Source of the DNA: Squalus acanthias
Taxonomy: Eukaryota
Reading direction: 5' to 3'
Length of the DNA stretch: 64,000 nt
Assembly: GCA_030390025.1 (NCBI GenBank)
Contig: CM059433.1
Coordinates: 1,550,001-1,614,000 of the forward strand
In this document: piece after piece, positions 10,181-23,090 of the stretch
How the letters are laid out: every line of letters begins with the position of its first letter
Position numbering within the stretch: position 1 is the stretch's first letter
The notes under the pieces: generated by a model
What the model saw: the letters and a program-made list of their open reading frames with translations, nothing else
What the model was told of the DNA's origin: nothing
Database searches by the model: none
Translations under genes and position numbers: made by a program

Positions 10181-13100
10181 CTGTAAATATTTGAAAGCAG
10201 AAAAAAGTCAGAAACAGAATGGTTCAGTACTCAAACATACTGCAGGAAAACAAATACAGGTAATATAATGAAGTGAATCCTTAGAAGAATATATATCGAA
10301 GTTCGAGCGCTCAGTATGATAAAAATGGCCCAGAAAGGAAATCCCTCTTAATCAAGAATATGGAGCAAGCCCATGTAATGAGGACAAGGCAGTCAACTAT
10401 TGTCAGATCTAATGCCACAATCAAAGTTTCTCTTTACTATAGCTGTTGGTTAATATTTCCTTCTCTGCGCAACTGATATGATTGACATTGTGGATTCCAT
10501 CACACACAGGAACTGTTTATATGGGCTGTGCTTGGAAAAATACCACATATCACACACGCCTACAAAATCTGGAACATTTATCCAGTTAAGAGTGAAAAAT
10601 AGGAATTTTTCCATCGTCAAAGGACAAGTGAGGAAAAAAGCAGGACTGGAATAAAAGAAAAAGGAAAGATATTTATTAATTAGGCCCATAAAACCACCCT
10701 CCCTCCGCTTCTGCTTTCACTTTGAAAAGTTTTATTAACATTAAGCAGCTATTCAAATCAATACACATCAATTAATTTTTTTTTTTAAATACTCAACTCT
10801 TAAAAGAATTTCTGTTGTTCCAGTCAAATAGTCTGCTACTTAAAATAGAAGACCATGACTGAACTGTCTGTATAAACATAGCAACATGAAGGAGGGACAT
10901 GGGGATCAACACAGATCAAGACCATTGTATTAACACATTAATCATAATTGCTGATTCACATTCCACACCCCATCCAGCAATAAAGAGATCTGCTCAGACA
11001 ATTACTACAGGAACCAGAGGCTAATTCATGGAGTTGCTCTAGACGACAGGACAAAGCACTTCCATTTCACAGAGCCAAGTATTCAGCAGACAGCTGTTGG
11101 GAAGAAGCACTGGACAAACCAGAGCTGTCAGAAAGCTGCAAGCAGAATCAGGTGTAGTTTTACCCTAGAATATCAGCAATGCTCACCACGATCTCTTTAA
11201 CAGGCTGTTTGTTTAAAAAATAAATAAACTAAAATTAGATCATAGAGTTCAAGGATATAAAAAAGCAGACCCATTTATTTCTTTTATCATTCCATAGTAT
11301 GAGCCAACTGTGTCATCTGGTAAACCACTAATATACACCACAATTACTAAACATAGAAAGTCTGAAATCATTCCTATCCTTCAATATAAATATATTTGGA
11401 CTTTCTTTAATAAATAAATAATTAATATAGATTGGGGGGTCTCCAAACTGCAGCCTGAAAGCCACATGCAGCCCCTGAGCCTTGGCCATCTGGCCCTTGA
11501 TGCTTGTGCAATTCAGCTCTATTTCGACTTATATTTCTTATTAGCTGGTGTCTTGTTTGAATTGTGTGGGCCTTTAGACTTGGACAAGGTTGCTTTAGTG
11601 TTTTTGCCTCACTGCTGGACGAATCTTTAATCAGAACACCACGATCAGTTTAATATCAGCAACTTGAAATATATGCAAATTGATGGAAACACAGATTTAA
11701 ACTTCATATATGTTGAGGCTTCCTGATACACATCTAGTCAAACCACAGACAAAAGGCTTCAACGCCACTGATATAGATCATTAATTAATGATTAGAAGGT
11801 GGCAAAGAGGAAAATTCTACTTATTCTTACAGACATACACTACTCACTTCGCAATTTTCAGAGATTAGCCTCCAGGAAAAGTCAACACTTGCGGACTTGC
11901 CACAGGGTGCCTCCTCCTATCTCTTCACTGTTCTTTAAATCTGCTGCTACTTTGAAATGTTAAATCCCTGGGTTAAGTAAAACTCTCAGGGGTTACGTTT
12001 GCTGATTGCATGTTTATGGAACTTCAGAATTTCAAAGCCATGCTGTGGAATTCCAAGAACTCCATTCCCCATGGCCTTCTGAGATTACTCTTGATTAATG
12101 GGACTGCTTCAGTACAAAGGTGCCCAGGTACTGCAACTATCACATCTGGCAACTTGCCTCTGATCAATAGCCCAGAGCACATTTATTCAAAGGACAATCT
12201 CCAGGAAGAAAATACGAAACATATATATATATATATATTTATTTTAAAGTACCTTCCTGCAAATCAGTAGTAAAATGAAATTACTATTCATAAAATTAAC
12301 CTATCCAAAAACTTTTGCTTCATTTATTCCCCCCCTCCCCCGAAAAAAAAGACAGGAGACACATCGTTGCATTTAATGTTATGATGATTGAATGAGTCTT
12401 GGGCCAAAGATGACTGAAGGCACACTGCCGCCTGCTGGAGAGCTGTCGGGTCAATCAGAGAAGCCAATCTCACAGTATTTAATTCCAGCCCAGAAATTCA
12501 AAACTGATTCATGTGTCGCCTCCACAGCACTTTGAGAAAACCTCCCATTCAGGGCAAGCTGAGGAAATTAACACAAGAAGGTGGCAGCTGAAACCAGTGG
12601 CACCACTTAATGGCTCCGAATTCATTAGCATTTCTGCCATTTAATTACGGTGGCGGATTAAAGCCTTTGTCATGGGGAGTGGGGCTGGGTTCCCCCTGCC
12701 AGAGTCACCAGCTGACAGACTGTCTGTGGTTTGACGAGCTGTGCACCAGGAAGCCTCAACATCAATGCACCTTAAATCTGTGTTCCCATTAACAGGGGGG
12801 ACTAGCACCTCGTCTGAAAACTGGGGGGGGGGGGGGGGGGGGAGGAAGAAACTTTTGTATTAATTTTTTAGATATAAAATACTGGAGAGTCTGGTGTCTG
12901 CATGAGGTATTGCAAGATCAAGAATAGAAGCAAATGGGATTTAAAAAATTTTGCAATTGGTGTTTTCACGGAAATACCGCAGTCTGCAATCTTCCAGCCG
13001 CAAAACATTGCGCTGGATAGTTTAATAAAAACGGTTTTGATATTTAACATGAGTTGCACAAGCAACATTGCAATTGCACCGGACAGATTTACAGCTATAT

Positions 13101-13217
13101 GGCCAAATAAAAAAAGTACTATATATATATATATTCACAATTAAAAAATAAGACATAAAAGCTCGCAAAATTTGCATTTATTCCCCCCCCTCGTTGCATT
13201 GCATTGCATGCACTTAC

Positions 13218-13935
13218 CGGAATCGCTGGGAGTCTCGTTGCCGGAGCTGCCGAGAGAAGCGGTTCCGCCCCGGGGGGCCGCGCCCCGGTTCAGCGGGAAG
13301 GGGAAGACGGCGGCCGGGTCCACGCACTGGGCGGCGGGGGGCTGCAGCTCGGCGGCGGGGGCTGCACCGGGGGCACCGATTGCATGGGTGGCATCGGCTG
13401 CATTGGCTGCATCGGCCGCGCCGCCAGCCTTGCCCTGCTGGACCGCCGCCGCCGCCGCGCACAGCTTCTGGCTGACCACTTTCTGCAGCTTCTCCCGGGC
13501 CGAGAAGCCGCTCCACATGCAGTCCTGCAGCACGATGGCGCTCAGGTGGCTCTGGCAGCCCTCGCAGCCACTGCCCCGGGTGCCGGTGCCCTCCCCGTCC
13601 AGCAGCAGCAGCTCCGACACCCAGTCCTCGCCCGCCCGGCCCGGAGACCGAGCCCAGCCCGAGCCCGAGCCCGAGCCCGCCCGGCTGGGCGACAGCGGCG
13701 GCGTGGGCAGCAACTCGAACTTCTTCCAGATGTCCTCGCTGGGCGGGTAGAAATCCGCCTCGGGGCCGCAGTCGTCCGGGTAGAAGTAGGGCTGGTAGGA
13801 GTCGTACTCCAGGTCGTAGGTCTTGCAGAAGGGAGCGCGGAGGGAGGAGGAGGAGGAAGAGCAAGAGGCGGAGGAGGAGGAGGAGGAGGTGGAGGGAGAG
13901 GAGGATGAGCTGCTGGATGACATGATTCCAGGCAT
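13218..13935 (-). CDS. MYCN: N-myc first coding exon (MB0, MBI, MBII, MBIIIa)
   Basis: MPG start; [60 protein letters not shown]. Phase-1 donor G|GTAAGT at 13217; upstream acceptor (polypyrimidine tract + ttgcAG) at 13962. CpG-island composition. Confidence 0.96.
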
Positions 13936-14394
13936 CTCTCTCTTTTGCAAAAAAAATTAATCTGCAATTATAAAAAGGGAGGGAAAGAGAGAAAATTAAA
14001 TAAAAGTTGTCAACAATGAGCAAAGCAACAAAAAAAAATCAATAACAACAAGCCCTCCAGTCAGTTTAACCTGCAATTTAGAAATGCATGTGGCTCAGCC
14101 CGAGCCCGACGCTGCAACTTATCCAGACAATGTTTCAAAATCGTAGTAGGCTTTGCCAAATAAATAAAAACACCCACCGTTGGCAGGAAAACGCCCACCG
14201 TTGCATGGCTTTCAACCTCGCAATTTCTTGTAAACAAATGCAACAGATTTCCCCCCACCCCCCCCAAAAAAAAAATCGTTTCCTCAAAGGGTGCGGAGTC
14301 CCCGCGATGGGTTTGCACAGCCCGCGCCGACTCTCATCATTAACAATTAACAAAAGCCGCTGCCGCTGGGTCCCCGGGACCTTGCACCGCTCAC

Positions 14395-14900
14395 CGGCGG
14401 CATTAGCGCCCGGTCCACAACACACCTACCGGACCACACCAGGGCCTTTGCAGATTCAATAAATCATTAAAAAAAATAATAATAATTGACATTCCGATCG
14501 AAAGATCGACTCGTTCGGGATTTACAGCCCAGATTGGTGGAGTCTCCGGGCAAGTCTGCAGATTCCTCCAGGGCGAGCGGCTGACCCACATTCGCTGCAT
14601 TGCTAATGAAGGCAGCGACTCTGATCCCGGCTTACAGGCAAAATATATACAAATACACACAGACAGAGCGAGAGAGAGAAATCTCCGCACGGCCTTTCAT
14701 CAGACTGAGAAAAGAAAGCAACCTCACCTTTCACTGCGTTTTTTTTGTTTTAACAAGACAGAGAGAGAGAGAGCAAGACTCCACAATGCTCTAAAATATT
14801 GGGCAGGTATCGACACCGATGCAGCGGTGAGCAGCCCCGCATAAGATTCCGATCATCCCCTTGGAGCACACAGGGAAGTCTGTCGGTGTAACTTGGATGC
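14395..14900 (-). other. MYCN: Probable non-coding exon 1 region of MYCN (boundaries uncertain)
   Basis: Candidate donors CCG|GTGAGC (14394) and CCG|GTAGGT (14429). The region is CpG-rich and lies between the promoter motifs and the exon 2 acceptor; myc genes normally have three exons. Confidence 0.4.
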
Positions 14901-14969
14901 AATGCTGGATATTATTATCTGCAAAAAAAACTGCAAGGACCCGGAAAAAAAATCCCACTGTGCCAACCC

Positions 14970-15500
14970 CCCTCATTTACATAGGGGAGGGACCGCCACT
15001 TGGCGCGAAAATAATTACCCTCCTTATTTCCCAAATCTATGGCTAATGCAAACTGCAAGCTTGTGCGGTGGGGCTTTGATTTGCCCCCCACCCCCCTGCA
15101 ATATTCATACATTTGCATTAATGCATTTTAGGCTCGCTCAGATAAAAAGCCCAGGACAGTTTGTCTTTTTTGGGTCCGGCGTGTGGGCGGAATCAAGCAG
15201 GCTGCTGGTGGTGAAGGGCTTGAATGTCAATCGCTCTGATTTTACAACAGGGAACAGCTCCCAGGGAAATACTGCACCCAGCTCAGAGGGAAGTTATTAA
15301 TCATTTGCAGGCAGGCAGAGAGAGAGAGAGAGAGAAACTAATCAGATTGCAAAGTTGACGGCTGCAACGCGCGCGAAATTGTTGCCAATAAGAAATACGA
15401 TTGGTGAAAGTAGAGTCTGGAATCAAGCAGTACACAGTGAGAGGGTGTCAGCCCCTTTCGCAAGGAAACTTACAGCGCCGCGACATCTAGTGGCAACCTG
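14970..15500 (-). promoter_or_regulatory. Putative MYCN promoter: E2F, octamer, CCAAT and CTCF-like motifs
   Basis: TTGGCGCGAAA 15000-15010; ATTTGCAT 15111-15118; GCGCGCGAAA 15369-15378; CCAAT/ATTGG 15385-15404; CCACTAGATGTCGC (minus) 15480-15493. Confidence 0.6.
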
Positions 15501-15927
15501 GGCTGGGATACATTCATTCAGCATCAAAGAACAGTATGTTCCACCAGCCTGCGATTCTCAATAGGCTTCGCAACAAACCCGGCTCCAAAAACGGGGCACA
15601 ATAGTTCATTTATAAATCTATATATATATATAGTCAGTCACCCTTAAAACAAAACCTTTAAAAGTTTCTGTATATTACTAGGCAGAGGCAACCCACAAAA
15701 CGTTTTAATCATTTGTGCAATTGCAGCAGGAACTAGATCTGAGGGGAAAAAATTGCCAATTTTTAAAAAAGAATTTGTAACAGCGAGGATCAGAAACAGT
15801 TGTTACATTTGTTCGACAATAACTGCGGGTTTGAGTGGCAGCTGCTACGGGAGACGTTTACATTGAACTGACCGAATGGGAGTATTGTTTTTTTTGTGAC
15901 AGTCATTTAAGACGATTAAAAAAAAAA

Positions 15928-16312
15928 CTTGCCTTGAACTAGCGCCTTTCATGACCTCAGGGCGCCCAATACGCTTCACAGCCAATGAAGCACTTTATTT
16001 AAAAGTGCAGTCACTGTTGTAATAACAACAATAGCTTGTATTTATATAAAAGAAAGACTTGCATTTATATAGCGCCTTTCACGACCACTGGACATCTCAA
16101 AGTGCTTTACAGCCAATGAAGTACTATTTGAAGTGTAGTCACTGTTGTAATGTGGGAAAGCGCCTTTAACGTAGTAAAACGTCCCAAGGCGCTGCACAGG
16201 AGTGTTATAAGACAAAAAATTGACACCGAGCCACATAAGGAGAAATTAGGGCAGGTGACCAAAAGCTTGGTCAAAAATGTAGGAAACGCGACAGCCAATT
16301 TGCACACAGCAA
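15928..16312 (-). mobile_element. Cluster of DeuSINE (SacSINE1-like) and L2 3' fragments
   Basis: Two copies of ACAGCCAATGAAG..CAGTCACTGTTGTAAT as at 42145-42190, with an L2 3' UTR piece (about 16160-16275) between. Confidence 0.7.
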
Positions 16313-16900
16313 GGTTGTGGAATGCATGTATTTCTATTCTTTGTATATTCTACATTGGGATGGAACATATTAGAGTTCCTAAGTATTGCTGATTTTTTGG
16401 GGACTCTTTACTCTTTTGGGCAGTTCAAACAATCTTAGGTTGCTGCAGCTTTTGCATTGATGTTTCTAATGCAGATTGGCACAAAAGTATAATTCAGGAG
16501 TTAAATTGCCAATCTGACTCCCGAATGCATTATAGCCAAAGTGTGTGCATACTACAGTATAACATCAGCCATCCTGCACTCAGGTGCAGACCAGAGCAGT
16601 GGGAGCCAGGTGCTGCAGTGTGTCATGATACTACAATGTCAGGGGCTCTGGAATCAGTGCCCAGCACCGGAGAGCTTTTTCCGAAGGGTACTCACACTAT
16701 GACTATGTACGGACACTGCCATTATAGTGCAAATGCAGATGCAGAGTCAGGGGCTAACCTGACACCTCGAGCAGGTAATCATGCTCTGCTTCACTTTAGA
16801 GTCAGTTCAGATTTTGACACCTGACTTACACCCCACAAGTTTGGTGTCATTGCAAAGCTGAAACCACCAGGCATCAATGCTAAGCTTGTAGTGTGAATGC

Positions 16901-17176
16901 ACATCTCTGATTTTAATCGCAATACCACTGGCGGCTGTGCCTTCAGCTGCCTAGGCGCTAAACTCTGGAATTCCCTCCCTAAACCTCTCCACCTCTCTCT
17001 CCTCCTTTAAGATGCTCCTTGAAACCTACCTCTTTGACCAAGCTTTTAATCACCTGTCTTAATAACGCCTTATGTGGCTCGGTGTCAAATTTAGTTTGAT
17101 AATCATTCCTGTGAAGCACTTTGGGGGACATTTTACTACGTTAAAGGTGCTAGAAAAATGCAAGTTATTGTTGTTG
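16901..17176 (+). mobile_element. L2 LINE 3' end
   Basis: Collinear with 26480-26760 (CTCTGGAATTCCCT...CCTACCTCTTTGACCAAGCTTTT...). Confidence 0.85.
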
Positions 17177-20100
17177 CCTACTTTGTCCAGTGTTGGGATT
17201 TGGTTGTCTTTATCTCCACTTTTGCTGCAAAGCTTTACGTGTATCATAGGTAGTTTAGTAGGCTGTTTGCATGAACATTCAGGCATATGATGACATATCT
17301 ATACAAATTCACAAAGACAAGAATGGCTTTTAAATTGCCAAATCTTTACTTGAGCGGAAGGACAGTCTAATGGTTGATGCAGCGGTATGAATTCAAACAC
17401 ATGTTGGTCTCAGATGTGCAGTACATGTTGTGTAATAGCTGCCATACTGAAAATAATCCAGATGTCACTAATCTGTTTAAAAGGGCTGCTGTCTTCATGA
17501 AAAAAAACGTTGACAAAACGTTTGAATTTGTTTATGAATGTGTGAATCGGTGAGGTAGGTTGAGTTGAAATGCATCGTGGTATGAGGTTATTGGGATGGA
17601 AATGATGCGTTGTTCTCATTACTTTTCTATTTTCTATTTTCCCATTTTCACGAAGATAGGTCCCTTCAAAACGGCTTAATTGTGCTCTACTTTGTGCTTG
17701 AATGTGTATTCTTATAAGATTTTTATTTTAGATAGAGCTATGGGAAAGAGCAGTTGAGTGGCACTATGTGGTTGCTCATTCAAGACACGATAAGCCAAAT
17801 GGCCTCCTTCTGTGCTGTAAGATTCTCTATACTACATATTAAAATAGTATAACGTCCAACAATTCTATTGCACAAGTGACCCAATAAAGTATGTAAACAT
17901 TGATTTTAGTACCTAACAAATAAACCTTCTGTGCTGTAACCATTCTATGATTCTATGATTCCCCCAAATCTGCATTCATTCCAGAACCTGGAAAAGATTT
18001 GACTTTGGATCAAATTTTGTGGCTCAGGTGACATATTTCCTTTGAGCGAGATGAATGAAATGTCACTTTTTCTCCTAGGAAATGTTCCTGTCAATTATCC
18101 ATGTTGAGAATTGCATGTGTTGGAATGCCAGTCTGCCTAATCTACTGAAAACTGGAAACTCGTGGACATATGTAGTGTTTCAATTGGGCTGTAATGATAA
18201 TCCAGTTCTGATTAGAAGAAGCCTGCTTTGGCAATGTTCATATTATCATTAACTAATCTCTATCAGTCTGGGTTCAAATCAGTTTGAAAGCCATAAGCCA
18301 AAAAAGTTTCTACAAATTCAGTGTCTATGCCTGTCACCACTTCATAGCAAAAGTACTTAAATTTTTTAAATTTCAAATGTTGTATTTTACTTTTTAGCCA
18401 TTTTTAGTTTTCCCTGCAGTCTACCATTTCTTACCTAGGAAGCCAAACAAGCTTCTCCATGGTCTCTGCCAGTCCAGGTTTATAGCTGGATTTTAGGAGG
18501 TGGTGCGAGGAAGACTCATGCTGGTTCTTACTTTGATTTTGCCCTTCTCTCTCTGGAGAAGCAGCATGTCTTCATTCAGCAGCTCCTCCTCATGGCCCAA
18601 AATAGTAAGTGTGAGCCATTGTCCCACTGCTCCATGACTCACCAGTAGGCTGTTTTTGTTTCTGTCTCACATATGTATTGTCTGAGTTTTTCTCTGTACG
18701 ATAGAAGCTATATTTACTGATTTTCAGGGCAGGATGTTTTGGTAATGTTTTGTAGTTGGAAATACTTTGCAATGATAGTCATTAATCAGTTTCACTGCTT
18801 TATGCACTAAACATTACCAAATGTAAAGTTTATCTTGAGGTACTTTATTCTTTCCTCCTGCTGTTTTCTGTTCAGCAGTTTGGGTCACAGTTTGTCCATA
18901 CTCACTATCAACACTGCTGCCTCATCAGACACCAGAAGACACAATTCAAGTGGATAGAACTGCTCTACATCCATATCTTTATCTTTATTCTTATGGTAAA
19001 GCTTTCTCTAACCAGCTGAGGTGTTTTATTTGAATAAGTCGTGCAATGTAAACATTTTAAATGTGCTGAATGTAGTATATCTACAAACAATCAGATAAGG
19101 AGAATTATCATTTTGGTATCTAGACAGCAAAAGGTGTACCTGATCTTTGAATTCTCATGTGAGAGATGATTAACCTGTAGATTATGAGAAGTGTCTATTT
19201 GTTTAGGTAAGAGCTAGCTACTTAGAACACTTGCCACCCTAGTTACTGGACACTTTTTCCCAACCCACATTCTCTCCATCTCTGCCATCACATCTTAAAT
19301 CTTAAAGTTGTACAGTCATCAATTTACACCTAGCAACTAAACTGTCAGGAAGACACTGAAAATTAGGAAGAAAAACTACACTCAATGTTTCCCTACATAG
19401 GAATGTCAGATGTTCCGAGCAACCCCATTTTTTCACAGCAGGTGAAGTCACAGTGTATTAAATTTCACAAACTATTCAGACCAGCATTTATAACATTTTT
19501 CGAAATGCTTGTACTATTGTGTCTGGTAGCTGGAAGGGACATCTCCAATGTAAGTGATATCTAACCACATGAACCTAACCATGCATCAATCTCTCACTTC
19601 CCAATCACAAGCGCAGAATCATTTACGTGCAGAAGGCAGTTAGGTCACAATGCAAATAAAGTAGAAGTGACAAAGCATAGACTGATTACTAAGATATACA
19701 CGTATACATACACACAAGAGCCAAGGGCCTATGATATCACACCGCCATAATCAGCCACCAAAAATAATAGCTAAGCATGTTATAATTAACTGATTTTGTG
19801 AGATCATTTAGGCTGAATATATAAGTTTTCACATTTATATCATCTAACATTAAAAAATAAGGTATTCACTATTTTTTCATTGTTCTATAATCTCACTTTC
19901 TTGTTAAAACATTTAAAGAGATAATGTAGTGGTGAAGTTTCTGACGAGACCTTGTTTATAAATAGAGGAAGGCATGATGGTGTGTCAATAATGAAATTAC
20001 ATCACCATGTTGCTAATAGCATTTATTTTATTTAACCTAAAAACAAGACAGGCATTTTAAAAAATCACTTTGAAGATTGTCCACAGCTGCTGATACATTG

Positions 20101-21334
20101 TCCGCTAGACCAGGCGTGCGCCTTGACTGCTGATGTGCTGGTGCAGTAACGGAGGTCCTTAACCCAGCTCCTCCTGGTTATTCCATGAATGAAGCCTGGC
20201 TGAAAACTACCCACTGAGAATGTGCGTAATATTTGTTTGATATCGCAACATATATTAAAAAAATCTACCTCCCAATTCAATCACTGTGTTTAGAATGACA
20301 TTGGGTGCCCGTTGAATGAAACCCGTGAAGGTAAAACATTGGTTGTAAGTAAACTTGGGCACAAAATGAACAACTACACCACCATGGACTCAGTCATGAG
20401 TGAACTGGGACTTAAAGAAGTTTTGCTTATTACAGAAATTTACACCAGGAAATTAGAGTTGTGCACATTTGACTGTTACATTTGGTTGAAGCACATGGAT
20501 CTAAAAAAAAAATTCACCATTTTTTTCCCCGATTGGGTCAAATCTGATTGTTTGGGTTGGGCCAAATCTTTAACGAGTTAATTGTTGATATTTCCTCTCT
20601 GTCAACGGCTCTTTGTGGTGAGTGTTTCTGAAATTTCCCCATGGAGGAAGGTGCATGCTTGCATGCTTTGTTTACCAAGGGAATGTTCTCTCAAAGCTTA
20701 GAAAATGATACGGGCCATTCATATGATTCCAGTGAAAGTGTGATGACAGTGAAGCATTTTTCTTTAATTCATCACAGTAACAAAGGGGTTAAAAAAACAG
20801 CTTCATTCCCAGTTTAAACTGATACAATTGTTAAAAATTTTAGTCAGTTTGTCTGTGCCTGATGTCTGAGAGAGGGACCAAGCTATTCAACTCAAATACA
20901 AGCTTTTTCTGAGATTTGTCCAAATATGTGTTTGAGTGATGGTTATTTTATGAATATAACAGACAGTTATTTAAATCTGTAAGGTCTTAGTCACTTTTTT
21001 GAAGGCTTTTATCAACTTGTCTTCAAATCCAGGAGTCTATCTGTACCCTTTAAAGATCCATTGGCCAGATAGCTTCACATAGCTAGCGAGAAAAGGACGA
21101 GAACCACTACATAAGAATATGACTTTTATCATAGTGTTGCACAGCAGTTGTGAATTATTTATTATTTTCTACTACAGTTACTATAAAAAAATATATTGGG
21201 GTGAAATTAGTCTTCAGTGGTAGCGCAAAATGGGCAATAGCAAATTAGCAGCCCGTTTCACACCGCTCCGACCCCAAATGCTCTCCACCACAAAGACCAC
21301 TTACCTTCCACCTCCATAACAGCACTCACCTCCC

Positions 21335-21480
21335 ATTCTGCCTCAGCCCATCTGTCACTGAAATCCTCATCCTAGCCTTCGTCACCTCCAGACTTGACTT
21401 TTCCAACGCTCCCCTGGCCAGTCTCCTAATCTCCTCCCTCCGTAAACTTCATCTCATCCAAAACTCTGCTACCCTCGCCT
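21335..21480 (+). mobile_element. Degenerate L2 ORF2 fragment
   Basis: Similar to 26130-26270 (FVTSRLDxSN motif). Confidence 0.6.
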
Positions 21481-22179
21481 GTCCATCCGTCCAAATTTGA
21501 AATAAATGGAAGAGGGTTGTTTGTTCGTTCCCTGAACACGCTGAAAATTTTACCTAGATATCTAGACAAGTGGAAAAAATACTTTCTGGGACAAAGAGAG
21601 GTGAGAATCACCTTTGAGAGTAGTCTGAAACACAGAAGTCAAGTAAAGCTATAGTAAAAGAAAAGTTTAAAATGTAAGAGAAAGTATAATGTAGAAGGTG
21701 GGCACACCTTCAGGTTCATCAGTGCGTCACTGGCCCTGGATGTTGGTTCAAGTCATGTAGCCCTCTGCGTCACTGAAGTCAATTTCTTCAGCGACTATAA
21801 AGGAAGATTAATCTATCTTCTGCTTTCAGAACAGATTTTTATCAATTATCACGATGAACTCTAGCCCTGCTAGACAGGCTTGGGACATGACTTGAAAGGA
21901 AGCATCCAGAGCAGGATTGTGAGAACATAAACAAGTGCAACTCTTAAGATCACTTCCTCCAATACTCTACTCAAGGCCTAACTCTCAATCCTCCAGCACA
22001 ACTCTCTTAGTAGCAATGGAAAGGAAAATCGGGCGGGGTGTATAACGGGCAACCGATACGATATCACATGTTTTATGCCCCTCCGAAGTTGAAAGTTCTG
22101 GTAATAAATCTCCCTGTGTATATATCGTTCTCCCCTTTTGCTCTATATCCCAACATGTATCTGTGCGCTTCTCTCTAAC

Positions 22180-22870
22180 CCTTTGGGGCACTACCTTCGC
22201 TGGGGAGCTCATTTTAGCGCCCCAAAAAAGTTAGCGCCTCCGCGGCCGATTTTCCCAGCTAGCGCCCGAGAGGGAGGAGGGGCGCTACTGAAAGCACCCC
22301 GTGTCCCTCTTGGGGCGCTGCGAGCCAATATCGTGGCGCTACGTGTTGCAGAGCCACGCGCTGCGGCACGTCGCGCCGCGGTACTGCAGGCCTTCATCCC
22401 CTTATTAAAGGGGAGGGGCCTGGCGCAGCGCGTCCCGGCACCCAGCTGGGCCCCCGGGGATCGGGAGTGCCGACAAACGAGCCCGGCACTCAAGAGGAGT
22501 GCTGGGCTCACCGAGAGCAGCCGACACCCTGCGGGGGGCTTCACGGGGGCCGGGGACAGCAACGGGGGCAGGTGCTGGCAGGCGGCCAGCAACAAAAATG
22601 GCCGCCCGCCACCTCCCCTTTAACTAGCGCTGCCCTGGCCGCAGGTAGGCCCCCCTGACCCTGGTGGACATAGCGTCACCCAATATTACAGCCGGGGCTT
22701 GAGCTGGGCGCTGCGCATGGCGATGATGTCATCGCCGGCGGCAGAGCGCCGGCACTAATCTCCCGCTAAATTTCGCGGGAGGCGTTAGCAGCGCCGCGCC
22801 CAGGTGCTAGTTGATTTGCGCCCCATTAGCGCCCTCTAACGGGAGGCGCAAATCAACCGAATTTAGCCCC
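22180..22870. mobile_element. Harbinger-type MITE (left end missing)
   Basis: Right end GCGCCCCATTAGCGCCCTCTAACGGGAGGCGCAA...GAATTTAGCCCC matches 6098-6159. Confidence 0.65.
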
Positions 22871-23090
22871 AAAATGTCTATTTTTTCTCTCTGTGTCAAG
22901 TATATCTGTTTTTCTGTGTCTATCACTGCATCTGAACATCCCTTTCGCTCTCTTTTTTCCTCTTTATCTCCCTCTGTCTGTGTGCTTGTGCTTTTCTCCC
23001 CATGTGTCTGAGTCTCTCATTTTCTTTCTGTCTGAACATCTCTATCTCCCTGTATGTATGAACTTTTCTCTCTTTCTCTCTCATGCTGTG

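Noticed and set aside
13172..13908. Long antisense ORFs over MYCN exon 2 (possible NCYM/MYCNOS analogue)
   Set aside because: Expected from high GC content; no recognisable domain; NCYM coding capacity is regarded as a recent hominid innovation.
13141..13950. Calling the gene MYC or MYCL, or using the listed ORF ends
   Set aside because: The bHLH-LZ ([25 protein letters not shown]) and MBII-flanking residues are N-myc type. The true CDS starts at ATG 13935 and splices at 13218.
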